From: Campylobacterota bacterium
Lineage (GTDB): Bacteria; Campylobacterota; Campylobacteria; Campylobacterales; Sulfurimonadaceae
Assembly (NCBI GenBank): GCA_034717975.1
Contig: JAYEMF010000098.1
Location: 13,160 to 37,437 of the forward strand
Direction of reading: 5' to 3'
DNA length: 24,278 nucleotides
Part shown: positions 1 through 8,312 of the stretch, one piece after another
Layout: every line of letters starts with the position of its first letter
Position numbering within the stretch: the stretch's first letter is position 1
Position numbers and translations under genes: made by a program
The notes under the pieces: model-generated
What the model was told of the DNA's origin: nothing
Seen by the model: the letters and a program-made list of their open reading frames with translations, nothing else
Database searches by the model: none

Positions 1-397
1 GCTCCAGTAATGGCGACACCACCTGCAGACCATTGGTAACTGATCGTGGCGTTTTCGATTCCATCTGGATCACTCACTGTTGCGGTTAATGTATCACCAA
101 CATTTGTTGTTCCAGTGATTTCAACTGACGCACCATCATTCACTGCTGCTACGGTGGTATCTGTTGAATCCGTTGGGCTTTCAGCAAAGCCTTGATCATC
201 GGTATAGCTTGCTTGAACGGTGATTGTTTCACCTACTTCTGCATCGGTTAATACATACGTAGAAGCGGTTGCTCCAGTAATGGCGACACCACCTGCAGAC
301 CATTGGTAACTGATCGTGGCGTTTTCGATTCCATCTGGATCACTCACTGTTGCGGTTAATGTATCACCAACATTTGTTGTTCCAGTGATTTCAACTG
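1..397 (-). repeat. 270-bp (90-aa) tandem coding repeat in the adhesin, one full unit plus a partial second unit
   Basis: 1-127 is identical to 271-397. Unit translates VEITGTTNVGDTLTATVSDPDGIENATISYQWSAGGVAITGATASTYVLTDAEVGETITVQASYTDDQGFAESPTDSTDTTVAAVNDGAS. Confidence 0.95.
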
Positions 398-2141
398 TGC
401 CAGCATCACCATTAATAATAATAGTTCCGGTTCCTTCAGCGCTATTTCCCGCTTTATCAGTAATAGAAGCCGTGACATCAATCGTACTATCTCCCAATTC
501 AGGGAATTCACCACTTGTTGGTTCATCAGAACCTGTATCAACACTCCATGATCCATTTTCACCCGTCGTTGTTTCATATACTACATCTGCAACACCGTCG
601 CCATCGGTATCAATCTCAAGTGTCACAGTACTGTTTGGCTCATCACTTTGCCCACTGATAACTGGAGTTGTATCATTGGTAGTGATCTCATTAACAGTAA
701 CAGATGGAGGTGTTGTATCTACCGTATAAGTAATCTCTGCCGGTACAGACTCATTTCCAGCTTCATCAGTCTCTTTTACAAGTACTCTGTTTTCACCTTC
801 TACAGCTACTGGAGGTGTTGTCGACCAAGTTTCACCACCATCGTTGCTGTATTCTATTGTTGAATTTTCTTCATTAGGAGTAACGACAATTGTTCCATCG
901 TTAGTGATCAGATCACCAGTTTCCTTTCCGCTATCAGTCTCCAGTACAACAGTTGGAGCATCTGGTGCAGTAGTATCTACTGTGACATTTCCGGAGCCTG
1001 TTCCTTCATTACCAGCGGTATCGGTTGCTTTTGCATCAATCTCTGACCTGCCATCAGCGAGTTCTGCAACGACATCGTCTGCCAATGTCCATGTACCATC
1101 ACCATTATTTGCAGCTTCATATTCAGAGCCATCAATTATTACAATGACTGTAGCATCTGGATCATTGACAGTTCCGCTAATGGCCGGTGTACTATCGTTA
1201 GTCAGTGTAATATCATTGACACTGACTTCTGGTGCTGTCGTATCAACATTAACTGTTTCTGTTTCTGATTCATCCGAAGTATTACCATCTCTATCAGTCG
1301 CCGTAGCTTCAACATCGTGAGGGCCATCTCCAAGTGGTGCATCAGAGTCAGGTTCATAACTCCAATCACCATTTTCATCAGCTGTTGTCGTACCCACTGG
1401 TTCGCCATCAACAATAATGGTAATCGTACTTCCTGGTTCACCTTGACCAGAGATGCTTGGTGTGCTGTCATTAGTCAAACCAATAGTATCAATTTTCGGT
1501 GCAGGTGGTGGTGTAGTATCTGTTTGTCTAGGCGTAGGTATAGATGTTGCATCTGCTGCTGTAGTATCTGTTTGTCTAGGCGTAGGTATAGATATTGCAT
1601 CTGCTGCTGTGTTATCTGCCGGTGCGGGTGTAGACGTCACATCTACTGGTGTAGGTATTGCCGTATCGGCAGCTAAAACGGCAGCTGCATCGAGTTCAAG
1701 CAGTGAAGTCGTATTCGTTATTCCTGAAGTATCGAGTCCCGAAGCATCAGCAAAGCCAAGGTTTTCTATATGTGCAGTCTGAGCAGTTAGATTTGTTCCA
1801 GATCCCTCTTCAGCCTCTTCACCGGCGGCAGTCTCTTCCAAATCTTCAACATCACCCGTACCTTCAATAAGTGCCTGAAGTGCGGCAACTTCCACTTCTG
1901 TCTCATCTTGAGCCAGCTCATCTTCATAAACTGTCTCATCGAGGATGACATGCTGATTTGGTCCAATACGCATGGTATTTCCATTGTCTAAGACAAGGAT
2001 AACTGCACCATTGTCACCTGTATTGATCACGTCATTCATGTGAACTGACATGTGAGATGCCAAAGCTTCATTTGAACCGTTGTTGAAAGTGACGTTTACC
2101 GTCCCCTCTTGCTGGGAGACATAACCGATAATTGCTGACAT
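1..2141 (-). CDS. Large repetitive surface adhesin, LapA/BapA-like probable T1SS substrate with N-terminal retention module and Ig-like repeats (5' part only; runs off the left edge)
   Basis: Hand translation from ATG at 2141 (AAGGTG RBS upstream) is open to the window edge: MSAIIGYVSQQEGTVNVTF...NDVINTGDNGAVILVLDNGNTMRIGPNQHVILDETVY...VAALQALIEGTGDVEDLEETAAGEE. Then a Pro/Thr linker, four DTT(A/P)P...W...TDxxGN Ig-like units and 90-aa tandem repeats. Acidic, Thr/Asp/Gly-rich, no Sec signal. Absent from the ORF track because it has no stop codon in the window. Confidence 0.9.
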   Translation of the reverse strand, partial: MSAIIGYVSQQEGTVNVTFNNGSNEALASHMSVHMNDVINTGDNGAVILVLDNGNTMRIGPNQHVILDETVYEDELAQDETEVEVAALQALIEGTGDVEDLEETAAGEEAEEGSGTNLTAQTAHIENLGFADASGLDTSGITNTTSLLELDAAAVLAADTAIPTPVDVTSTPAPADNTAADAISIPTPRQTDTTAADATSIPTPRQTDTTPPPAPKIDTIGLTNDSTPSISGQGEPGSTITIIVDGEPVGTTTADENGDWSYEPDSDAPLGDGPHDVEATATDRDGNTSDESETETVNVDTTAPEVSVNDITLTNDSTPAISGTVNDPDATVIVIIDGSEYEAANNGDGTWTLADDVVAELADGRSEIDAKATDTAGNEGTGSGNVTVDTTAPDAPTVVLETDSGKETGDLITNDGTIVVTPNEENSTIEYSNDGGETWSTTPPVAVEGENRVLVKETDEAGNESVPAEITYTVDTTPPSVTVNEITTNDTTPVISGQSDEPNSTVTLEIDTDGDGVADVVYETTTGENGSWSVDTGSDEPTSGEFPELGDSTIDVTASITDKAGNSAEGTGTIIINGDAGTVEITGTTNVGDTLTATVSDPDGIENATISYQWSAGGVAITGATASTYVLTDAEVGETITVQASYTDDQGFAESPTDSTDTTVAAVNDGASVEITGTTNVGDTLTATVSDPDGIENATISYQWSAGGVAITG
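1513..1608 (-). repeat. 48-bp tandem duplication in the adhesin linker (2 copies)
   Basis: 1513-1560 and 1561-1608 differ at one base (gatgttg vs gatattg); they encode AADA(I/T)SIPTPRQTDTT twice. Confidence 0.95.
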
Positions 2142-2272
2142 TACTACACCTTTAAAAACAGGAATATTATTCTATTGTTCAGATATTAACAGATTTTATG
2201 AAGTGTGTCTATTGTACTTTGGTACTATATACGATGAGATGGGAACAAGCAGAGATATAAAATAAAAAAATA

Positions 2273-2291
2273 TAATAGTTTAAAACTATTA
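2273..2291. promoter_or_regulatory. Perfect 9-1-9 inverted repeat, candidate operator upstream of the adhesin
   Basis: TAATAGTTT-A-AAACTATTA, about 130 bp upstream of the adhesin ATG; function inferred only. Confidence 0.35.
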
Positions 2292-2316
2292 CTTTCAAGA
2301 TAACTTTCCAATTTGA

Positions 2317-2339
2317 AAGTTATGCGGAGAGCATAACTT
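2317..2339 (-). terminator. Stem-loop after serA, probable terminator of the pheS-serA cluster
   Basis: AAGTTATGC-GGAGA-GCATAACTT (9-bp stem, 5-nt loop) 20 bp past the serA stop; only a weak U-tract. Confidence 0.5.
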
Positions 2340-2359
2340 CAGGAAGAACAATATAACTG

Positions 2360-3946
2360 TTACAGGCGGGCGTAATCGACACTTATGCAGGCTTCGAGTG
2401 AAGCGAGTTCATTAAGCACCGTATCGTTAATCGGACTGTCAACGATAATAACGGCCAGTGCCTGCCCGTTATCACTGCGGCCGAGACGGAAATCGGCAAT
2501 ATTGATGTTTCTGTTTGCCAATACAGTACCCACCTGACCGATCACACCCGGTACATCGGTATTACGGAAAAGAATCATGCTTCCTTTTGGTTCAACATCC
2601 AGATCAAAACCGTTGATATCGACGATACGCTGAACATCCTCTTCAAAGATCGTGGCACTGATCGAGATAACATCTTTTTCAGTTGTCAGTGTAACCGTAA
2701 TAAGGTTTTTATAGATGCTAGAAGCGCTCTCTTCTGAAGAGTCGACTTTAACACCACGCTCGGCAGCGATAAAATCGGCATTGACATAGTTGATCGTATC
2801 ACCGCTGCTCTCAGCCATTGCACCTACCGTTACAAATGTAGCCAGTGATTCAATATATTTAGCGATTTCGCCCTGTCCGCTCACTTTGACGGAGACCAAA
2901 GGTGCTTTGTTGATCTGAGAAGCCAGGAAACCGATCTTTTGACCCATAACTAGGAATGGTTTCACAAAAGAAGGGATTTTCGACTCATCGATCGGCAAAT
3001 TGAAAGCATTGGGGAAAGCGATCCCTTTAGCTGCCTCTAGCGCCTGCTGTGCCGCCTGAGTACCGATGTTATACTGTGACTCGAACGTATTGGCTCCAAG
3101 GTGTGGGGAAACAATGATATTGTCAAGGTCAAGCAGCGGGTGATCGGTCGCCGGCTCTTTCATAAATACATCGATACCGGCAAAACGGATCTTACCGGAT
3201 TTCAGACCGTCATAAAGGGCATCTTCATTGTAAAGTCCGCCACGGGCACAGTTAATGAGGACAACACCGTCTTTCATCTTGGCGATCTCTTCAGCATCGA
3301 TCATATTTAACGTTTCGCTGTTTTTCGGTGTATGGATGGTGATGATGTCACACTCAAGGATATCATCAAAGTTTTCGGTGTATCCCATACCGAGATCGGT
3401 TGCTTTTGAACCATTGATGTATGGATCATACGCGACAATTTCCATCTCGAATGCTTTGGCACGGACAGCAACACGACTACCGATGTTTCCAAATCCGATA
3501 ACACCAAGCTTTTTGCCCTTCATCTCATGTCCATACCACTTTTCACGCTTCCAGATACGCTGATTTTTCAGGTGATCATGCGAATATGGGAACATACGCA
3601 TACATGAGAGCATATGTGCCATCGTCAACTCAACTGCCGCAATTGTGTTGGCGGTAGGGACATTCATAACAATGATCCCCTCTTTTGAACAACCGTCAAT
3701 ATCGACGTTGTCCACACCGACACCGGCACGTACAATGGCTTTCATCTTCTTCGCAGCTGCGATGAATTTGTCATCAACATCGGTAGAACTGCGGGTAATG
3801 GCTACATCAGCATCGGCAATAACATCTAACAGCGCAGTTTTATCGATGTCTGCTGCAAAAACGTAATCGATCTGGTCATCGTTTTGAAGCATCTCAAGAC
3901 CGGCTTCATGGATATGGTCACAAACAACTACTTTATGTTTTTCCAT
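2360..3946 (-). CDS. serA: D-3-phosphoglycerate dehydrogenase
   Basis: RAGVGVDNVD, NVPTANTIAAVE, GFGNIG NAD-binding motif, INCARGG, SPHLGANT; C-terminal ACT domain (DVPGVIG...NINIA). Confidence 0.98.
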   Translation of the reverse strand: MEKHKVVVCDHIHEAGLEMLQNDDQIDYVFAADIDKTALLDVIADADVAITRSSTDVDDKFIAAAKKMKAIVRAGVGVDNVDIDGCSKEGIIVMNVPTANTIAAVELTMAHMLSCMRMFPYSHDHLKNQRIWKREKWYGHEMKGKKLGVIGFGNIGSRVAVRAKAFEMEIVAYDPYINGSKATDLGMGYTENFDDILECDIITIHTPKNSETLNMIDAEEIAKMKDGVVLINCARGGLYNEDALYDGLKSGKIRFAGIDVFMKEPATDHPLLDLDNIIVSPHLGANTFESQYNIGTQAAQQALEAAKGIAFPNAFNLPIDESKIPSFVKPFLVMGQKIGFLASQINKAPLVSVKVSGQGEIAKYIESLATFVTVGAMAESSGDTINYVNADFIAAERGVKVDSSEESASSIYKNLITVTLTTEKDVISISATIFEEDVQRIVDINGFDLDVEPKGSMILFRNTDVPGVIGQVGTVLANRNINIADFRLGRSDNGQALAVIIVDSPINDTVLNELASLEACISVDYARL

Positions 3947-4431
3947 TGGTGATCCTCTTTATACGGCAGATGTTTTGCCGTAATATTGTAATTTTTAAGG
4001 GCTTCTACCAGCGCTTTCATTCTAGCTTTCTCTTTCGCATAGACAAGGAATTGCGTACCCTCTTTATCACTTTTAAGCGTATAGCGCAGTTGATGCTGAC
4101 GCAGCTCCTGCTTCAGACAAAAAAGTTGATAGGGGTCATGCAGTGCAGCTGAAAGTCGGTAGATTTTTTCGTTGACTAATTTTTGATTGAGATCTATGTC
4201 GACATAGATCTCATTGACAGGGTAAAAGTAACCCTGTCGTTCACTGGTTGCCAAGGTATCGATCCAGCGTTTCTCTTTAGTAGCTGGTTTTGCATCTTCA
4301 CTGCTCTGGGATACTGAAGATTTTACAGAGAGCGCAGGGCCTCCCTCGTTAACATCTATCAATAATATAGCAATGAAGATGGCAACGCCCAGTGCGATGA
4401 CCGGCGTTAACCATTTTGCAAAACCTTGCAT
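3928..4431 (-). CDS. Conserved hypothetical membrane-anchored/periplasmic protein (Campylobacterota gene between rpsA and serA)
   Basis: 167 aa with an N-terminal hydrophobic segment; starts 1 bp after the rpsA stop and overlaps the serA start; same position as the hypothetical gene in the Campylobacter rpsA-serA cluster. Confidence 0.85.
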   Translation of the reverse strand: MQGFAKWLTPVIALGVAIFIAILLIDVNEGGPALSVKSSVSQSSEDAKPATKEKRWIDTLATSERQGYFYPVNEIYVDIDLNQKLVNEKIYRLSAALHDPYQLFCLKQELRQHQLRYTLKSDKEGTQFLVYAKEKARMKALVEALKNYNITAKHLPYKEDHQWKNIK

Positions 4432-4432
4432 G

Positions 4433-6088
4433 TTACTTCAGTTGGTCCTTGATCAGATCACCGAGACTGTGTGATTCATTGTCATTGAACTCGTCAAGAA
4501 TCGCTTTATCTTTGATACGTTCAAGACGCTTGACAGAGAGACGGATACGATCACGTTGTGTATCGATCACAGCGATAACCGCTTCAATCTCCTGACCGAC
4601 TTCAAGCTCTTCAGCATTAAGCGGAGAAAGATCTTCATTACGGATCAGAGCATCGACACCATCTTGGATAGAGACAAAAACACCAAAATCTTTCACGTCA
4701 CGTACAGTACCCTTGACAACATCGTTTACACTGTTAGTTGTAGCAAATTTATCGATCGGGCTCTCCTGAAGGACTTTGTGGTTCAATGAGATTTTCTGAT
4801 CTTCACGGTTGATCTTGGCAATTTTAACTTCAACCTCGTCACCCGATTTAAAGATATCTTTACATTTTGTGTTTTTCTCCCAAGAAGCATCCTGGTTATG
4901 AAGCAGACCTTCTACACCGCCAATTTTGACGAATGCACCAAAATCAGTCAGTGAAGTAACTGTACCGGTTACGACATTACCTTCAGAGTAGTTTTTCACG
5001 AACTCATCAAACGGTTTTGGAAGCAGACGCTTGAGTGAAACACGAAGTTTATGCGTGTTGGAGTTGATCTCGATAACTTCAACATCGATCTCCTGACCAA
5101 CTTCAAGGTAGTCTTTTGGGTTTTTAATGTTTTTATCCCAAGTGATCTCTGAGATGTGAAGGAAACCTTCAATATCATTTCCAAGATCTACGAAAACACC
5201 ATACGGTTCAATATTACTGACCGTAACCGAGATAGTATCGCCTTCATCCAGTTCAGACTCAACTTCTGCCCATGGATCTTCCTGAACCGCTTTGATAGAA
5301 AGTGAAAGGTGACGTTTCTCTTTATCGTAAGAGATCGCTTTGACATTAACGACTTCGCCCTCTTTGTACAGTTTAGAAGGGTTAACCGGACCTTTGTAAC
5401 TGATTTCGTTGTAGTGAACCAGGCCGTCAACACCGCCGACATCAACAAACATACCGTAGCTGGTGATCTTTTTGATCGTACCCTCTACGACTTTGTCCTC
5501 TTCCATCAACGCATCGATGATCTCTTTTTTACGCTTGCGATCTTCATTGAAGAGTTTACGGCGTGAAACAACAATAGAGCTCTCATCTTCATCGATCTTG
5601 ATAACCTGTGCTTTGATCTTGCGACCGACAACATCATCACTCTCTTTGAATGCAGCCAGTGAACGTGGCATGAAGAAAGTAACGGTATCTGCTTCGATCA
5701 CATAACCACCACGGTTTTTCTTGGTAATAATACCTTCGATAACAACGTCTTCGTAGTCCTCTTTATGAGCTTCAATAAACTCACGTGTCTTCGCTTGCTC
5801 AAGCACTTTTTTGTAAGAGATCTTTGGACGCTCGTTATAGTAACCTGTTACCATAACTGTGATCTTGTCACCTTTACCGAAAAGCAGTTCGCCATTTTCA
5901 CCACGAATCTCATCGAGGTTCAACATACCCTCAAGTTTTTCACCTACGCCAACTAATGCACGATTGTCTTCTTCTTGAACTTCAACGATCTCACCTTCCG
6001 TGATACGGTTTGATTCTTGCTTCTTCAATGAAGCCTCAAACATCTCCGCGAAATTTTCTTCTTCTAATGGTTCGTTATCGAAAGCCAT
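4433..6088 (-). CDS. rpsA: 30S ribosomal protein S1
   Basis: Repeated S1 domains (YGMFVDVGGVDGLVH, YGVFVDLGNDIEGFLHISE, FGAFVKIGGVEGLLH); C-terminal SLGDLIK. Confidence 0.98.
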   Translation of the reverse strand: MAFDNEPLEEENFAEMFEASLKKQESNRITEGEIVEVQEEDNRALVGVGEKLEGMLNLDEIRGENGELLFGKGDKITVMVTGYYNERPKISYKKVLEQAKTREFIEAHKEDYEDVVIEGIITKKNRGGYVIEADTVTFFMPRSLAAFKESDDVVGRKIKAQVIKIDEDESSIVVSRRKLFNEDRKRKKEIIDALMEEDKVVEGTIKKITSYGMFVDVGGVDGLVHYNEISYKGPVNPSKLYKEGEVVNVKAISYDKEKRHLSLSIKAVQEDPWAEVESELDEGDTISVTVSNIEPYGVFVDLGNDIEGFLHISEITWDKNIKNPKDYLEVGQEIDVEVIEINSNTHKLRVSLKRLLPKPFDEFVKNYSEGNVVTGTVTSLTDFGAFVKIGGVEGLLHNQDASWEKNTKCKDIFKSGDEVEVKIAKINREDQKISLNHKVLQESPIDKFATTNSVNDVVKGTVRDVKDFGVFVSIQDGVDALIRNEDLSPLNAEELEVGQEIEAVIAVIDTQRDRIRLSVKRLERIKDKAILDEFNDNESHSLGDLIKDQLK

Positions 6089-6120
6089 ACCTATACCTCT
6101 TGTAACTATAAAATTGCGTG

Positions 6121-6126
6121 AGTATA
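6121..6126 (-). promoter_or_regulatory. Putative sigma70 -10 box of an internal rpsA promoter
   Basis: TATACT on the minus strand 32 bp upstream of the rpsA ATG, preceded by an AT-rich tract in the ispH-rpsA gap. Confidence 0.5.
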
Positions 6127-6210
6127 GCTAAAATTTACTTTTATTATTATGACATTTTAAGAAAAAAGAGAAATAGTACTTAGAAAGTTACGGAAGCAGA
6201 CCCGGCCAGA

Positions 6211-7038
6211 CTAAGCTGTCAGGGCTTCGATCTTATCGATTACTTGCTGAATGATCCAGTCGGGTGTGGAAGCTCCGGCACTGATACCACAGAGTTCTTT
6301 TCCCTCAAACCATGCCGCATCAAGGTCATCGGCACATTCGATATGATAGCTGGTTGCGGTAGATTCGGCAATGGAGTGAAGCTGTTTGGTGTTGGATGAA
6401 TTTTTACCACCGATGATGATCATCACATCGGCACGCGCAGCCAGCTTTCTAACCGCATCCTGGTTTTCAAAAGTCGCATTACAGATCGTATTGAAGACAC
6501 GCACCTCTTTATGACGCGGGATCAGATAATTCGTAATCTTCAGATACTCTTCGATCTTGCGTGTCGTCTGCGCAACTACGGCCACACGTTCATGCAGTTT
6601 CAACGCCTCCAACTCTTCAACCGAAGTGACGACATAGGCACCATTGGATGCATAGCTTTTAACACCTTTGATCTCCGGATGCGCTTCATCGCCAAAGATG
6701 ACGATATCATACCCTTCTTTGCTCATCTCTTCACAGATCTCCTGAGGTTTCGTCACAAACGGGCACGTGGCGTCGATCACATCAACATTGAACTCTATCA
6801 ATGCCTGAAGCTCATGTTTCGGGATACCGTGTGTTCGGACGACCGCTTTGTCACCCGCTTTGAAATCATTCAGATTCTCACTCAACGCAACATTGTAATC
6901 ACGGTTAAGCCGTTCAATCTCTTTGGTATTGTGGATCAGCGGTCCGTAGGTTGCAGAGTTTGTGTTCTCTTCGGCAATCTTGATCGCACGCTTGACACCA
7001 AAGCAGAACCCATACTTCTCCGCCAGCTCTATCTTCAC
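6211..7038 (-). CDS. ispH: 4-hydroxy-3-methylbut-2-enyl diphosphate reductase
   Basis: [50 protein letters not shown] motifs; three Fe-S cysteines. Confidence 0.98.
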   Translation of the reverse strand: MKIELAEKYGFCFGVKRAIKIAEENTNSATYGPLIHNTKEIERLNRDYNVALSENLNDFKAGDKAVVRTHGIPKHELQALIEFNVDVIDATCPFVTKPQEICEEMSKEGYDIVIFGDEAHPEIKGVKSYASNGAYVVTSVEELEALKLHERVAVVAQTTRKIEEYLKITNYLIPRHKEVRVFNTICNATFENQDAVRKLAARADVMIIIGGKNSSNTKQLHSIAESTATSYHIECADDLDAAWFEGKELCGISAGASTPDWIIQQVIDKIEALTA

Positions 7039-8312
7039 AGATCGACCTTTGTCAGCTCTTTCAAGAGATCAAAAAAGTTAGGGAAAGAGGTGTTGATACA
7101 GTCGATGTCTTCCACCTCCATTCCACAGCGCAGACCGGCAATGATAAAGCTCATGGCAATACGGTGATCACCATAGCTTTCAACGCGGGCAGGCAGCAGT
7201 TCTCCGCCTTTTACCGCATAACCGTCTTCAAACTCATCCACCTCGATCCCGCAATGGCGGAGATTGGTGACAACCGTAGCGATACGGTCACTCTCTTTAA
7301 CACGCAGCTCCTCGGCATTTTTCACATAGCTTGTTCCCTCTGCACAGGCCATAGCGATTGAGAGAACCGGAAGCTCATCGATCAACCACGATATATTGTC
7401 ATCAATTGTCACCGCTTTAAGAGGAGCATTTTTAACAGTGATATTACCAATCGGTTCATAAATGTCCTCGGTCAGTTCATAACTGATATCGGCACCCATA
7501 CGCTCCAGGGCTTTAAACGCTTCGATACGGGTCGGGTTGAATGTCACCCCTTCAAGCACAACCGAGGCACCCGGCGTGATCGCAGCAGCAACGGCGAAGA
7601 ACGTGGCACTAGATGGATCAGCCGGGACACGGATCTTTAAAGGTTTGAGCAACCCTTGCATAGGCTTGATCGTCGTCTTTAAACCATCTACGCTTATTTC
7701 AGCTCCCATCCCTTTGAGCATCCGTTCCGTATGATCGCGGCTAAGCTCAGGTTCTGTGTAGGTACATGCTCCATCCGCATGCAGGGCAGCAAGGATCATG
7801 GCGCTTTTAACCTGAGCCGATGCGATCTTGCTCTCATAGTCAAAAGCTTTCAATGAAGCGCCACGTATACTCAGCGGAGCCAGATCACCGTTTTGACGGC
7901 CATCAAGTTTAGCGCCGATATCACGCAATGGAGCGGTCACACGCTTCATAGGCCGCCGTTTTAGATACTCGTCTCCGGTCAGAATAAAGTGCCCCTCCGC
8001 TGAAGCTAAAAGCCCGCAAAAAAGACGCATTCCGGTCCCGGAATTGCCGCAATCCAGAATTGCTTCACTCTCTTTGATCCCGTTGGAACTGATGGTGATC
8101 GTCGTACCGTCATCTTCTACATCAGCACCAAGATCTTTTACGATCTGGAGCGAGTTGAGTGTATCTTCCGCACGCAGGAAGTTGGTAACGACTGATTTTC
8201 CTTCAGCCAGGGTAGCAAACATGGCGCAGCGATGCGAAATAGATTTGTCAGGAGCTATCGCATCCGTTTTAAAGGTAAATGCTTCAGCGGGATAGATACG
8301 TACTGTTTTCAT
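7035..8312 (-). CDS. aroA: 3-phosphoshikimate 1-carboxyvinyltransferase (EPSP synthase)
   Basis: [47 protein letters not shown] motifs. Confidence 0.98.
   Translation of the reverse strand: MKTVRIYPAEAFTFKTDAIAPDKSISHRCAMFATLAEGKSVVTNFLRAEDTLNSLQIVKDLGADVEDDGTTITISSNGIKESEAILDCGNSGTGMRLFCGLLASAEGHFILTGDEYLKRRPMKRVTAPLRDIGAKLDGRQNGDLAPLSIRGASLKAFDYESKIASAQVKSAMILAALHADGACTYTEPELSRDHTERMLKGMGAEISVDGLKTTIKPMQGLLKPLKIRVPADPSSATFFAVAAAITPGASVVLEGVTFNPTRIEAFKALERMGADISYELTEDIYEPIGNITVKNAPLKAVTIDDNISWLIDELPVLSIAMACAEGTSYVKNAEELRVKESDRIATVVTNLRHCGIEVDEFEDGYAVKGGELLPARVESYGDHRIAMSFIIAGLRCGMEVEDIDCINTSFPNFFDLLKELTKVDL

Noticed and set aside
1..397. Direct repeat at the left edge as a CRISPR array or IS end
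   Set aside because: The period is 270 bp, in frame and protein-coding, with no spacers or terminal inverted repeats.
316..1984. ORF-track entries over the adhesin (316-729, 844-1320, 1453-1782, 1317-1676 and others)
   Set aside because: Antisense or out-of-frame shadows of the minus-strand adhesin; their Val/Ser-rich composition follows from its Thr/Asp codons.
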